64,000 nt of DNA from Dehalococcoidales bacterium (lineage in GTDB: Bacteria; Chloroflexota; Dehalococcoidia; Lucifugimonadales; Lucifugimonadaceae): assembly GCA_009937255.1 (NCBI GenBank), contig JAACCT010000103.1:2763-66762 (forward strand), written 5' to 3'. This document shows positions 27,007 to 38,036 of this stretch, piece after piece; position 1 is the stretch's first letter; every line of letters begins with the position of its first letter. The translations under genes and the position numbers were made by a program. The notes below the pieces were generated by a model that was not told the DNA's origin, ran no database searches, and saw nothing but the letters and a program-made list of their open reading frames with translations.

Positions 27007-28752
27007 CTATGAAGATGGGAAATTTCTATAAGTATATTTATATTGAGAGGCAATAGGATATCTTCTATCTCTTCCAAAAGCTAAAGGAGTGATCTTTATT
27101 CCAGGGGCAGACTGACGTCTTTTATATTCATTTCTATCTATCATGCTTAAAATTTCTAATATTTTTGATTCTGAAATATTTTTTGTAATTTCTTGGTTTT
27201 TTAATATTTCATTTACGCTATTTTTTTCTTCTATATATGACTCCATAATTTGATCTAATATATCGTAATCAGGTAATGTGTCTTTATCAAATTGATCAGA
27301 CTTCAGTTCAGCTGAAGGTAATTTGTTAATAATATTTTGTGGAATAATTTCTTTAATTGAAACTTCATTAATATAATTTGATAACTGATAAACTAATGTC
27401 TTTGGGACATCTTTTAATACAGAAAACCCACCAGCCATATCTCCATATAAAGTAGCATAACCTGTAGCCATTTCTGATTTATTACCTGTAGATAGAACTA
27501 GCCATGAGAATTTATTTGAAATAGCCATTATAAAGTTTCCTCTTATTCTAGCTTGTAAATTTTCTTCCGCATTATTCTCTTCAGTATCTTTAAATAAAAA
27601 ATTTAGACTTTTTAGGAATTCTTCATGAGTATTTAGTATTGGAATATTTATTAAATTCAGTCCTAAATTCTCGCAAAGTTTTTCTGAGTCTGTAATCGAA
27701 TGGTCTGAAGAATACTTTGAAGGGAGATTTACAACTTTTATATTTTCTGCACCTAATGCTTTTGAAGCTATTACTGTTACCAGCGCAGAGTCAATTCCTC
27801 CAGATAGACTGATTAAGCATTTGGAAAAACCATTTTTTTCTGCATAGTCTTTAGTTCCCAGTACTAAAGCACTTAATATATCTTCTAAACCCTCAGAATA
27901 AGAATTCATATTTATATTATTTACATTATTAATATTAGAATTATTAAAATTAATATTTTTTTCAATAATCTTATATCCATTTTTTGAATTTTTAGTATAT
28001 GGAGTATATTTTTTTTCTGAAATATCTATATTAATAGTTTGGTTTTTTTCTTTAAAGCTAGGAAGGGAAATTATTTTTTCTCCTAAATTATTAAATATAG
28101 ATGAGCTCCCATCAAAAATTAGATCATCTTGTCCGCCTATGCAATTTATATATATCAAATGAGAATTGCAATCTTTTGCTACATTAGACAAATGTGAATC
28201 TCTAATATTTTTTTTATTTATATCAAAAGGTGAACCATTTATATTTATTAAAACATTACATCCTAAATCTGATTCTATTTTACATACTTCGTAATCTTCC
28301 CATATATCTTCACAAATACTAATACCTATCTTAATTTCTTTATTTTTAAGAATTACAATTTCATTACCTTTACTAAAATATCTTTTTTCATCAAACACAC
28401 CATAATTTGGGAGTTTGTTTTTTCTGTAAGTTGCAATTATTTTTGTATTAGAAATTATAGCAGCTGCGTTATAAATACCATTTTTATCTTGGTCTATGAA
28501 TCCTATTATAGAAGTAATATTTTTAGTATGTTTAATTATTTTTTTTAAAGCTAAAAGATTATTTTCTACAAATAAATTACTTAATACTAAATCTTCTGGT
28601 GGATATCCTGTAATTGTAAGTTCTGGAAAACAGACTATATCGCAGTTTTTAGATTCTGCTTCTTTTATACCTTCAATTATTTTATTAGAATTATAATCTA
28701 AAGCGCCAACTTTAGTATTTATTTGGTTCATTGATATCTTAATATTAGACAT
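27007..28752 (-). CDS. nadE: glutamine-dependent NAD+ synthetase
   Basis: N-terminal CN-hydrolase domain (CFPEL, ICEDIW) plus a synthetase domain with the SGGIDS PP-loop. Confidence 0.9.
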   Translation of the reverse strand: MSNIKISMNQINTKVGALDYNSNKIIEGIKEAESKNCDIVCFPELTITGYPPEDLVLSNLFVENNLLALKKIIKHTKNITSIIGFIDQDKNGIYNAAAIISNTKIIATYRKNKLPNYGVFDEKRYFSKGNEIVILKNKEIKIGISICEDIWEDYEVCKIESDLGCNVLININGSPFDINKKNIRDSHLSNVAKDCNSHLIYINCIGGQDDLIFDGSSSIFNNLGEKIISLPSFKEKNQTINIDISEKKYTPYTKNSKNGYKIIEKNINFNNSNINNVNNINMNSYSEGLEDILSALVLGTKDYAEKNGFSKCLISLSGGIDSALVTVIASKALGAENIKVVNLPSKYSSDHSITDSEKLCENLGLNLINIPILNTHEEFLKSLNFLFKDTEENNAEENLQARIRGNFIMAISNKFSWLVLSTGNKSEMATGYATLYGDMAGGFSVLKDVPKTLVYQLSNYINEVSIKEIIPQNIINKLPSAELKSDQFDKDTLPDYDILDQIMESYIEEKNSVNEILKNQEITKNISESKILEILSMIDRNEYKRRQSAPGIKITPLAFGRDRRYPIASQYKYTYRNFPSS

Positions 28753-28766
28753 CTTAATTCCATAAA

Positions 28767-30230
28767 TTATTTTGTTTTTAATTTTCTAAAATATCCTCTG
28801 ACATCAGGCAAATTTGATGATCCTTCTAAAAAAGTATCAATTTTTTTTGCACATGATCTCCCACTTGCTATAGCATGTACTACTAATGATTGACCTCTTT
28901 CCATATCGCCACAAGAAAATACTTTAGAGACATTTGTCATCATATTATTATCAGTCTTAACATTTCCTCTGTCATCAAATACTACATTTAGATCAGAAAG
29001 TAATCCCTCTTGAAGTGGATGAACAAATCCCATAGCTAAAAGAACTAATTCTGATTTAATTTCAAATTTACTATTCTCTATTTTTTTCATATTAAATTTA
29101 CCTGAACTAATATCTTTTTCCCACTCAACTTTTTCACAAACTAGTTTTTCTAGGTTATTATTTCCTGAGAAATGATCTGTTAATATACTATACTGTCTAT
29201 TACCTCCTTCTTCATGGGCTGAAGAAGTCCTTAGTATCATTGGCCATTCTGGCCAAGGATTATTATTTATTCTAAATTCTGGAGGTTCAGGCATAATTTC
29301 AATTTGTGTGATACTTTTTGCACCTTGTCTAATAGAAGTTCCTAAACAATCAGCTCCAGTATCTCCACCTCCAATTATTACAACATTTTTGTTTTTAGCA
29401 GTGATATCCCTATCTTTAGGGTTATCATTCCATCTATTTTGTTCTGAAAGGAAATCCATGGCAAAATGTATACCATCTAACTCTCTTCCTCTTATAGGCA
29501 AATCTCTTGGAACCGTTGAGCCTCCAGCAAGACAAATAGCATCAAATTCATTACTTAATTCTTTAGCTAAAATATCTATTCCTACATTAACAGAACATTT
29601 GAATTCAATTCCTTCTTGAATTAGTAAGTCGATTCTTCTTTGTACTATGCTTTTTTCTAACTTGAACTCTGGAATACCATACCGTAATAATCCTCCTGGA
29701 TTTTCACTTCTTTCATAAACAGTAATATTATGCCCAGCTCTATTTAGTTGTTGAGCTGCAGCAAGTCCGGCTGGACCAGATCCTATTATAGCTACTTTTT
29801 TATTTGTTCTCATAGATGGAATTTCTGGTTTAACAAATCCTGATTCCCAAGCTTTCTCAATAATATTTTTCTCAATCATTTCAATTGATACAGGGTCATT
29901 ATTTATGGATAAAGTACATGAAGCTTCACATGGTGCAGGGCATATTCTTCCTGTAAATTCAGGGAAGTTATTAGTTGCAGATAATCTTTCATATGCAGAT
30001 TCCCAATCTTGGTTATAAACAAGATCATTAAATTCTGGTATTAGATTTCCCAAAGGACATCCATTATTACAAAATGGAACTCCACAATCCATACATCTAG
30101 ATGCTTGTACAGCAGCTTCTTTTTTTGACCATGGAACGTAGATTTCTTTCCAGTTTTGTACTCTTTTTTCAACTGGTTTTCTTTGTTCAGTTTTTCTTTT
30201 TTGGTTTTTAAAACCTGAAATATTACCCAT
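28767..30230 (-). CDS. gltD: glutamate synthase small subunit
   Basis: N-terminal Cys clusters, IIGSGPAGLAAA and IIGGGDTGADC dinucleotide folds. It overlaps gltB by 8 nt. Confidence 0.92.
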   Translation of the reverse strand: MGNISGFKNQKRKTEQRKPVEKRVQNWKEIYVPWSKKEAAVQASRCMDCGVPFCNNGCPLGNLIPEFNDLVYNQDWESAYERLSATNNFPEFTGRICPAPCEASCTLSINNDPVSIEMIEKNIIEKAWESGFVKPEIPSMRTNKKVAIIGSGPAGLAAAQQLNRAGHNITVYERSENPGGLLRYGIPEFKLEKSIVQRRIDLLIQEGIEFKCSVNVGIDILAKELSNEFDAICLAGGSTVPRDLPIRGRELDGIHFAMDFLSEQNRWNDNPKDRDITAKNKNVVIIGGGDTGADCLGTSIRQGAKSITQIEIMPEPPEFRINNNPWPEWPMILRTSSAHEEGGNRQYSILTDHFSGNNNLEKLVCEKVEWEKDISSGKFNMKKIENSKFEIKSELVLLAMGFVHPLQEGLLSDLNVVFDDRGNVKTDNNMMTNVSKVFSCGDMERGQSLVVHAIASGRSCAKKIDTFLEGSSNLPDVRGYFRKLKTK

Positions 30231-33200
30231 TAATTTTTTCTCTTTGCTTAGATAATGTGTTCTCTAATATTTTAGCGTAATCTCTTGGGATGATTTTTTT
30301 AAAATTTTTAATTTCAACATCCCAATTTTTAATTATATTAACTGCAACGTTAGATTTAGTATATTTAATATGATTTTTTATTAATTTAATTAATTTTTTC
30401 TCATCTTCAGATTTTACTAAAACATCTTCAAGATCAGAAAGCTCAGAGTTGAAATTTTCTATAAAAGTTGACTTTGGATCATAAACATATGCAATTCCAC
30501 CACTCATACCTGCTCCAAAATTACTTCCTACTTCTCCTAAAACTACAACTGTTCCGCCAGTCATATATTCACATCCGTGATTACCAATTCCTTCAACAAC
30601 AGCTTCTGCCGCTGAGTTTCTAACACAAAATCTTTCTCCAGCTTTGCCGTTTATATAAACTTCTCCTCCGGTAGATCCATAAAGAGCAACATTACCTATA
30701 ATTATATTTTCTTCAGGAATAAAGTCAGGGTTTTTACTAAAAGGACTTACTGCTATTTTTCCTCCTGAAAGTCCTTTTCCAAAATAATCATTAGCATCAC
30801 CTCTAAGATTAAAGAAAATCCCTTTAGATAAAAATGCCCCAAAACTTTGTCCTGCAGAACCATCAAAATTTATTATTAAATTATCGTTTGGAATCCCTTT
30901 TTCTCCATATTTTTTTGTAATCTTTCCTGAGATTAATGCCCCAACAGTCCTATTTATATTTTTTATTTTGAAATCATGTTCTTGTTTTTTTGAAGAAATA
31001 GTTTCTAAATTGATTTCTTTTAAAATTTTATTATCTAAAGCAATATCTAATTGGTGGTCTTGAGATGTTGTACAGTAATTTTTTTGTCCCTCTATTCCTT
31101 TAGGCTTATACAAGATCCTTGAAAGATCAATTTTTTTTGCTTTCCAATGATCTATATCATTTCTTTGTTTTAATCTATCAACCCTGCCAACCATTTCATC
31201 AACCGTCTTAAATCCTAATTTAGCCATTTCTTCTCTAAGACTATGAGTTATAAACTTAAAATAGTTTACTACAGCTTCAGGTGTTCCTTTAAATAATTTT
31301 CTCAGCTCAGGATCTTGAGTTGCTACACCTACTGAACATGTATTTAGATGACATTTTCTTAGCATAATACATCCCATTGTTATCAATGATGCAGTTGCTA
31401 TCCCCCATTCTTCAGCTCCAAGCATTGCAGCTATAGCTACATCTTTTCCTGTCTTTAATTGTCCGTCAGTCTGAAGTGTAATTATGTCTCGAAGCCCCTG
31501 CTCAACTAGAATTTGTTGAGTCTCAGCAACGCCTAGCTCCCAAGGAAGACCAGCATGTCTAATAGATGACAAAGGTGAAGCTCCTGTGCCTCCAGAAAAT
31601 CCAGAAATCAAAACCACATCAGCTTTACCTTTTGAGACTCCTGCGGCAATAATTCCAACACCAACTTCTGAAACAAGTTTAACGTGGATTCTTGCATCTT
31701 CATTAACATTTTTTAAATCATGAATTAATTGAGCCATATCTTCGATTGAATATATGTCATGATGAGGTGGAGGAGATATTAGTTCTACTCCTGGAGTTGT
31801 CTTTCTTATTGAAGCAATATACTCAGAAATTTTATGTCCAGGTATTTCTCCACCTTCTCCTGGCTTTGCTCCTTGAGCCATCTTGATTTGAATATCTTTA
31901 GAGTTAACTAAGTAGTTAGTTGTTACTCCAAACCTTCCAGATGCAACTTGTTTAACAGCAGAATTTCTAGAGTCTCCATTTCGATCAGGTTTAAATCTGA
32001 TTTCATCTTCTCCACCTTCTCCTGTGTTTGATCTAGCTCCGATTCTATTCATTGCAATTGCTAACGTTTCATGTGCTTCTATAGAAATAGAACCAAGAGA
32101 TATAGCTCCTGTTGCAAATCTTTTAATAATTTTCAACTCATCTTCTACTTCATCAATACTAATAGATTTAGAATTTTCATAATCTATTTCTAATAAATTT
32201 CTAATACTTATATCACCGTAATAATCTTTATTGGCAGCTTCTTCAAAATCTTTATATGTATCTTCATCATTTTGAGTAGATGCTTTTTGTAATAAAGAAA
32301 TAGTTTCAGGAGACCACATATGCCTTTCTCCTGTTCCTCTCCATAAGTACAGTCCTCCTAAATCAAGTTTGAGATTTGAAGGGATTTTAGATTCAGAAAA
32401 AGCATTATTATGAAAAAGTAGGTAGTCATCACAAATTTCTTCATTCCCAATTCCCTCTATTCTTGAAGAGGTCCAAGTAAAACTTGTTTCAATTAGACTT
32501 TCACTTATACCTAATGCTTCAAACTGCTGAGCACCCATATAACCTTGTAATGTAGATATTCCCATTTTTGACATTGTTTTTAATACTCCTGCGATAGAAG
32601 CTTTACAGAAATTTTCTAGATTTTTTCTTATAGATTTTTCATCAGAAAAATTTCTTACAGTATCAAGGGCAATGAATGGATTAATTGCAGATACTCCATA
32701 TCCAAATAAAAGCGCAAAATGATGAACTTCTCTTGGCTCACCTGTTTCATAGATTATATCTACCTTATCTCTTAAATTTTTTCTAATTAGGTGATGATGT
32801 AATGTTCCTGCTACCAAAAGTGAAGGTAGCATTGCATTATTTTCGTCAACTCCTCTATCTGAAAGAACAATTATTGAAATTCCTTTTTCTATTAATAATT
32901 CTGCGTCTGATTTTATTTTTTCTAGAGATTCGTCAAATCCTTTTTTACCTTTACTTACATCGAAAAGCGTAGATATTTTTTTTGCTTTTATTCCTTTATT
33001 ATTGATACTTAAAAGTTTAATTAGCTCTTCATTTAACATTATGGGTCGTTCTATCTTAAGAAGTTCAGCATGTTCAGAAGTTTCAGATAATAAATTTTCT
33101 CTTTTACCTACTAAAATACTTGTTTGAGTAACCATTTTTTCTCTAATAGGATCAAGGGGAGGATTAGAAACTTGCGCAAATAATTGCTTGAAGTATGAAT

Positions 33201-34782
33201 ATAAATTTTGAGGCTTGTCAGATAGAACTGCTAAAGGAGCATCATTTCCCATTGATCCATTTGGTTGGCTTCCTGTGTCACTCATTGGTTTAATTATTAA
33301 ATTAATATCTTCATTAGAGTAACCATAAGCAACTTGTTGTTCTAAAAGATTTGTCCCATCGAAAGGTATAGATTTATGAGTTTCTTCTATCTCGTCTAGG
33401 TTTATTGAATTTTTATTGATCCATTCAGAATAAGGGCTCTGATTAACTAGCCTATTCATTATTTCTTCAGAATCAATAATCCTTCCTTCTTCAAAATCAA
33501 CCAAAAAACCTTTCCCTGGGGTCATTCGTGATTTTAATTTTATATTTTTAGAGTCCAACTCTAAAACGCCGGTTTCTGATGACATAACTAAAATATCATC
33601 TTTAGTGACGGTATATCTAAAAGGTCTAAATCCATTTCTATCTAAGCAAGCTCCTAATTTATTTCCATCTGTAAATGCGACCATAGCTGGTCCATCCCAT
33701 GGCTCCATAAGTCCTGCATGATATTGATAAAAATCTCTAGTTTTTTTATCCATATGCTTATTATGGTCCCATGCTGCAGGAATCATCATTGAAGCTACAT
33801 GTTCTATTGGTCTTCCTCCATGAAATAAAAGTTCGAATACATTATCTAGAGAAGCTGTATCTGAAGCATCTTCTTCACAAATGGGTAAAATATCTGAATT
33901 ATTAGGAAATTTTTTACTTATTAGATTATGCTCTTTAGCCTTCATCCAGTTTCTATTTCCTCTGACAGTGTTAATTTCTCCATTATGAGCTAACATTCTG
34001 TATGGATGTGCTAATTGCCAAGAACCTAATGTGTTAGTAGAAAATCTAGAGTGTACAAGACCAAAACAACTTTCTATATCGGAAGATTGAAGATCTATAT
34101 AAAAATTTGAAACTTGTTCAGTTTTTAATAATCCTTTATAAATTATAATTTTATTAGATAGAGAACATATATAAAATTCATTATCTATAATAATTTCATT
34201 TTTTTTATTTTTTATTTTATTTATTTCTTTTTCAATTTTTTTTCTTGAAATATATAATTGTCTTGAAAAATCTTCATCATTCAAATTGCCACTATTTGCA
34301 ATGAAAATCTGTTTGATTTCAGGCATAGCGTCTTTTGACCAATCACCAATAGAGTTTGGATTATTAGGAACATCTCTTAGTAAAAGTATTTTTGTTGATT
34401 GGTTATTTAATACATTAGAAATTATATTAATAATTTGATTTTGAATTTCTTTATCTCTTGGAAGGAATACTATCCCTGTTGCATAATCTCCTTCATTCGG
34501 GAGATCAAGTCCATCTTTAGCTAGTTCTTTTCTAAAAAATTTATCAGGAATTTGCAAGGTTATACCTGCCCCATCACCTGTTTCAGGATCACAACCGCAT
34601 GCGCCTCTATGTTCAAGATTTACCAATACTTTAAGGGAATCTTTTACAATACTATTAGACTTTACCCCTTTGATGTTTGCAACAACACCAACGCCGCATG
34701 CATCTTTATCTAAATGGTATGTACATAACCCTTTAGTTTGAAGGTTTTTTAAATTATTAAGTAGTTTTTCTTTAGTTTTCAT
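30223..34782 (-). CDS. gltB: glutamate synthase large subunit
   Basis: 1519 aa with an Ntn amidotransferase Cys (ACGVGVV), central and FMN domains, and a C-terminal GXGXG beta-helix. Confidence 0.95.
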   Translation of the reverse strand: MKTKEKLLNNLKNLQTKGLCTYHLDKDACGVGVVANIKGVKSNSIVKDSLKVLVNLEHRGACGCDPETGDGAGITLQIPDKFFRKELAKDGLDLPNEGDYATGIVFLPRDKEIQNQIINIISNVLNNQSTKILLLRDVPNNPNSIGDWSKDAMPEIKQIFIANSGNLNDEDFSRQLYISRKKIEKEINKIKNKKNEIIIDNEFYICSLSNKIIIYKGLLKTEQVSNFYIDLQSSDIESCFGLVHSRFSTNTLGSWQLAHPYRMLAHNGEINTVRGNRNWMKAKEHNLISKKFPNNSDILPICEEDASDTASLDNVFELLFHGGRPIEHVASMMIPAAWDHNKHMDKKTRDFYQYHAGLMEPWDGPAMVAFTDGNKLGACLDRNGFRPFRYTVTKDDILVMSSETGVLELDSKNIKLKSRMTPGKGFLVDFEEGRIIDSEEIMNRLVNQSPYSEWINKNSINLDEIEETHKSIPFDGTNLLEQQVAYGYSNEDINLIIKPMSDTGSQPNGSMGNDAPLAVLSDKPQNLYSYFKQLFAQVSNPPLDPIREKMVTQTSILVGKRENLLSETSEHAELLKIERPIMLNEELIKLLSINNKGIKAKKISTLFDVSKGKKGFDESLEKIKSDAELLIEKGISIIVLSDRGVDENNAMLPSLLVAGTLHHHLIRKNLRDKVDIIYETGEPREVHHFALLFGYGVSAINPFIALDTVRNFSDEKSIRKNLENFCKASIAGVLKTMSKMGISTLQGYMGAQQFEALGISESLIETSFTWTSSRIEGIGNEEICDDYLLFHNNAFSESKIPSNLKLDLGGLYLWRGTGERHMWSPETISLLQKASTQNDEDTYKDFEEAANKDYYGDISIRNLLEIDYENSKSISIDEVEDELKIIKRFATGAISLGSISIEAHETLAIAMNRIGARSNTGEGGEDEIRFKPDRNGDSRNSAVKQVASGRFGVTTNYLVNSKDIQIKMAQGAKPGEGGEIPGHKISEYIASIRKTTPGVELISPPPHHDIYSIEDMAQLIHDLKNVNEDARIHVKLVSEVGVGIIAAGVSKGKADVVLISGFSGGTGASPLSSIRHAGLPWELGVAETQQILVEQGLRDIITLQTDGQLKTGKDVAIAAMLGAEEWGIATASLITMGCIMLRKCHLNTCSVGVATQDPELRKLFKGTPEAVVNYFKFITHSLREEMAKLGFKTVDEMVGRVDRLKQRNDIDHWKAKKIDLSRILYKPKGIEGQKNYCTTSQDHQLDIALDNKILKEINLETISSKKQEHDFKIKNINRTVGALISGKITKKYGEKGIPNDNLIINFDGSAGQSFGAFLSKGIFFNLRGDANDYFGKGLSGGKIAVSPFSKNPDFIPEENIIIGNVALYGSTGGEVYINGKAGERFCVRNSAAEAVVEGIGNHGCEYMTGGTVVVLGEVGSNFGAGMSGGIAYVYDPKSTFIENFNSELSDLEDVLVKSEDEKKLIKLIKNHIKYTKSNVAVNIIKNWDVEIKNFKKIIPRDYAKILENTLSKQREKING

Positions 34783-34841
34783 TTTTAGTTTTAAATTGTA
34801 AAAATTTTGAGAAATAAAACGTTGCTTAAAAACTTATGAAA

Positions 34842-36128
34842 TTATAAAAATTTCATGTAAAAATCTCTCTCGTAATCTGTAACAACTAAATTGTGTTCTA
34901 TCCACTCTTTTTCTTTGTTAATTACTATACTATTATATGCATCTATCCCAATAGCGTCCTGTAGAAAATTACCTTTTTGAGATTCTTTAATTGCATCATA
35001 CAAGGTATTTGGAATATTTGATTCCCAATTTTTGGGAACTACTAAACCTCTTTTTATACCTTCCATTCCCGCATGAAGAATAGCTGCTAAAGCTAAGTAA
35101 GGATTACAAGCTGAATCAGGTAATCTAAATTCTATTCTAGAATTATCGGAGTCTCCTTTGTTAATATGTGGAACTCGTACAATATTAGAGATTTTTACTT
35201 CTTTTCCCATTCCTGCAATTGGAGCTTCTAGGTTTGGAATTAGTCTTTTATATGAGTTTAACCATTGATTAGTAACTAAAGCCATTTCTGATGAATAATA
35301 TAATAAACCTGCTAAAAAACCTTCTCCAAGCTTTGACAATGATTTACTTTTTTTTGCAGCAAAAGCATTATTTTCACCTTCGTACAATGATAAATGAAAA
35401 TGTAAACCACTACCATTTAAATATTCAAAAGGTCTTGGCATAAAAGTAGCAAATCCTCCATGTTTTATGGCTGTTTGCTTTACAACCAATCTTGTAGTTA
35501 CTATAGAATCTGCCATTGTGAGCGCATCTGTATGCTTTAAGCTTATTTCATGCTGTCCAGAGGAGACTTCATGATGAGAGCTTCTTACAGGTATTCCCAT
35601 TTGTTCTAAATTTAGAACACATTCTCTTCTTAAGTTTGATCCTTTGTTGTCAGCAGAAGTTTGATCAAAGTATCCAGCATCATCTCCTTCAATAATTTCC
35701 TTATTGTTATCGAGAAAATAATATTCTATTTCTGGACCTACATAAAATTTTAAACCTGATTTATTTGCTTCGATTAGTTTATCCTGAAGAACCTTTCGGC
35801 TATCAACAATAGAGTCACTATTATCAAAACTTCTTAAGTTACAAAATAGCCTAGCTACAGAATTCTCATTAGGTCTCCAGGGTAAAATTTGCCAAGTACT
35901 TAAATCGGGGATAGCTAAAGTGTCTGATTCAGTAGCTCTTGCCAACCCTTCAATGGCTCCTCCATCAAAAATAACACCTTTATCAATACAATCTTCTAAA
36001 TCTTCAACATTAATGGCAAACCCTTTAAGTCTTCCTAAAATATCTGTAAACCATAATCTAATAAATTTTACATCGTGTTCACTAGCTTGCTTTAAAATAA
36101 ATTCTTTAGTGTCTGAATTTTTATTCAT
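34842..36128 (-). CDS. glnA: glutamine synthetase (short type I)
   Basis: Beta-grasp N-domain (FIRLWFTDILG) and catalytic domain (HHEVSSGQHEI, NGSGLHFHLSL). Confidence 0.9.
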   Translation of the reverse strand: MNKNSDTKEFILKQASEHDVKFIRLWFTDILGRLKGFAINVEDLEDCIDKGVIFDGGAIEGLARATESDTLAIPDLSTWQILPWRPNENSVARLFCNLRSFDNSDSIVDSRKVLQDKLIEANKSGLKFYVGPEIEYYFLDNNKEIIEGDDAGYFDQTSADNKGSNLRRECVLNLEQMGIPVRSSHHEVSSGQHEISLKHTDALTMADSIVTTRLVVKQTAIKHGGFATFMPRPFEYLNGSGLHFHLSLYEGENNAFAAKKSKSLSKLGEGFLAGLLYYSSEMALVTNQWLNSYKRLIPNLEAPIAGMGKEVKISNIVRVPHINKGDSDNSRIEFRLPDSACNPYLALAAILHAGMEGIKRGLVVPKNWESNIPNTLYDAIKESQKGNFLQDAIGIDAYNSIVINKEKEWIEHNLVVTDYERDFYMKFL

Positions 36129-36903
36129 TTATATTTCCTGACTGTATTTCATTAAATTTGTATCCCACATTCCATATTGTTTCTATAAAATTGTTTTTAT
36201 GATCCTCAATTTTTCTCCTTAATCTTCTAACATGAACATCCACAGTTCTAGTTCCACCATAATAATCATAATCCCAAATATTTTTTAATAAGTTTTCTCT
36301 AGAAAAAACTCTTCCAGGATTTGAGGCCAATACTTTTAGTAATTCTAATTCTTTGAATGTAAGATCAATTTTTTTATCCTCAAGCGTTACAAGATATTTT
36401 TCTGTGTCAATCTTTAGATTTTTATACTGAATTATTTTTTCTGATTGAGATATATTTTTTATACTTAACTTTAAGTTTTTATTTGCTATTTGAATCCTCA
36501 TAGCCAAATCGTTATTATTTGTGGGTATTGAAATAATTTGATCATTATTGTTATTATTTGATAAATAACTTTCATAAATGGTAAAGTTTTCAATTGATAA
36601 AATTCTACTAATTGAAGTTTCAATAAGATTAGAATATTCCTTAGAATATGTATATGGCAAATTAATTATTGATAAATCTTCAATTTCAACATTAATATTT
36701 GATTCTTTTTCTTCATCATGACTAAGTAATGGGTGGTTTTGTTCTTTATTGACTTGATATGTCACTTGCTCAGGTGATTTTGAATCAACCTTAAAATCTT
36801 TGACACAAATTATTCTAGATGAATGAAAACTTTCATCTAAAATTTTTATCAAACGATCCTCAGATCTAATATTAAAGCCAACTAAAAAAATTCTATCAAA
36901 CAT
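36121..36903 (-). CDS. OmpR/PhoB-type winged-helix DNA-binding protein with a degenerate (non-canonical) N-terminal region
   Basis: C-terminal wHTH (LTFKELELLKVLASNPGRVFSRENLL...VDVHVRRLRRKIE...VGYKF). The N-terminus lacks the DD/D/T/K receiver residues. It overlaps glnA by 8 nt. Confidence 0.8.
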   Translation of the reverse strand: MFDRIFLVGFNIRSEDRLIKILDESFHSSRIICVKDFKVDSKSPEQVTYQVNKEQNHPLLSHDEEKESNINVEIEDLSIINLPYTYSKEYSNLIETSISRILSIENFTIYESYLSNNNNNDQIISIPTNNNDLAMRIQIANKNLKLSIKNISQSEKIIQYKNLKIDTEKYLVTLEDKKIDLTFKELELLKVLASNPGRVFSRENLLKNIWDYDYYGGTRTVDVHVRRLRRKIEDHKNNFIETIWNVGYKFNEIQSGNINE

Positions 36904-37016
36904 AATAATTTACAAAATTCACAAAAATATTTTTATATGAAACTAATTTTACATCTAAAAAGTAGTTAGTAAAATCAAAATTTAAAAAAAACAGTTATAA
37001 ATTTAACATTTTTTCA

Positions 37017-37046
37017 TTGACGTTTTGCAAATAAAATTCGTATACT
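37017..37046 (+). promoter_or_regulatory. candidate promoter of the ribosomal super-operon (TTGACG - 18 nt - TATACT)
   Basis: TTGACG at 37017-37022 and TATACT at 37041-37046, about 85 nt upstream of rpsL. Confidence 0.45.
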
Positions 37047-37131
37047 AGTAGTTTGTGGTAACAATAAGCTTTTATTATTCATAAATTTTATGAAATAAAG
37101 ACTTATAAAAAAATATAGAGGATTGTGAATA

Positions 37132-37551
37132 ATGCCTACAGTAAATCAATTGATTAAAAAACCTAGATCATCTGGGAGAAAAAAAGCTAAATCTCCAGCT
37201 TTGAGATTTAGATATAATTCTTTAACAAAAAAAATGACAAACGATTCTGATGGAAGCCCTCAAAAAAGAGGTGTCTGCCTCCAAGTAAGAACAGTTACTC
37301 CGAAAAAACCTAACTCCGCTTTAAGAAAAGTTGCAAGAGTTAAGCTAACTAATGGCATGGAAGTAACAGCTTATATTCCAGGTGAAGGTCACAATCTCCA
37401 AGAGCATTCAGTTGTTCTGATAAGAGGGGGAAGAGTAAGAGACTTGCCTGGAGTTAGATATCACATTATAAGAGGAGCCTTAGATACTTCTGGGGTTGAA
37501 GGGCGAAAAAGAGGTAGAAGTAAATATGGTGCAATTAGAGAAGGTAAATAA
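37132..37551 (+). CDS. rpsL: 30S ribosomal protein S12
   Basis: [11 protein letters not shown] and GHNLQEHS motifs. It carries the Gram-positive-type insertion between PAL and PQKRG. Confidence 0.97.
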   Translation: MPTVNQLIKKPRSSGRKKAKSPALRFRYNSLTKKMTNDSDGSPQKRGVCLQVRTVTPKKPNSALRKVARVKLTNGMEVTAYIPGEGHNLQEHSVVLIRGGRVRDLPGVRYHIIRGALDTSGVEGRKRGRSKYGAIREGK

Positions 37552-37565
37552 GGAAGTATTGACAT

Positions 37566-38036
37566 ATGTCTAGAAGAAGAAAATCTGTAGTAAGAAAAAT
37601 TAATCCTGATCCTAAATATGGAAGCGTTGAGCTTTCCAAGTTTATAAATAGACTTATGATAGGTGGGAAAAAATCTGTTGCGCGAAAAGCTGTTTATCTA
37701 GCTATAGATAAGCTTGAAAAAGAAGTTAAGAGGCCTGGAATAGAGCTTTTTGATGAAGCAATGAGAAATACAATGCCTACTCTTGAAGTAAAGCCAAGAA
37801 GAGTTGGTGGTGCAACTTACCAGGTCCCTGTTGAAATAAGGCCTAAAAGAAGAGTTGCTTTAGCTCATCGTTGGGTTGTTGAAGCTGCACGAGGAAATAA
37901 AGGAACGACTATCACGGATGCTTTATATCAAGAATTTATGAATGCAGTCAATAATACTGGTAATGCAATAAAGAAAAAAGAAGATTCACATAGAATGGCA
38001 GAAGCTAATAGAGCCTTTGCTCATTATAGATGGTAA
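37566..38036 (+). CDS. rpsG: 30S ribosomal protein S7
   Basis: Conserved S7 sequence; follows rpsL. Confidence 0.97.
   Translation: MSRRRKSVVRKINPDPKYGSVELSKFINRLMIGGKKSVARKAVYLAIDKLEKEVKRPGIELFDEAMRNTMPTLEVKPRRVGGATYQVPVEIRPKRRVALAHRWVVEAARGNKGTTITDALYQEFMNAVNNTGNAIKKKEDSHRMAEANRAFAHYRW

Noticed and set aside
34783-34841. A possible glutamine riboswitch (glnA RNA motif) between glnA and gltB.
   Set aside because: The conserved GGAAG-type core is absent, and the 59-nt spacer is too short and too AT-rich to fold convincingly.
36904-37016. The GTTATAAATTTAAC palindrome as a GlnR-type operator upstream of the OmpR-like regulator.
   Set aside because: The arms are only 4 bp in extremely AT-rich DNA. 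It is indistinguishable from chance without comparative data.
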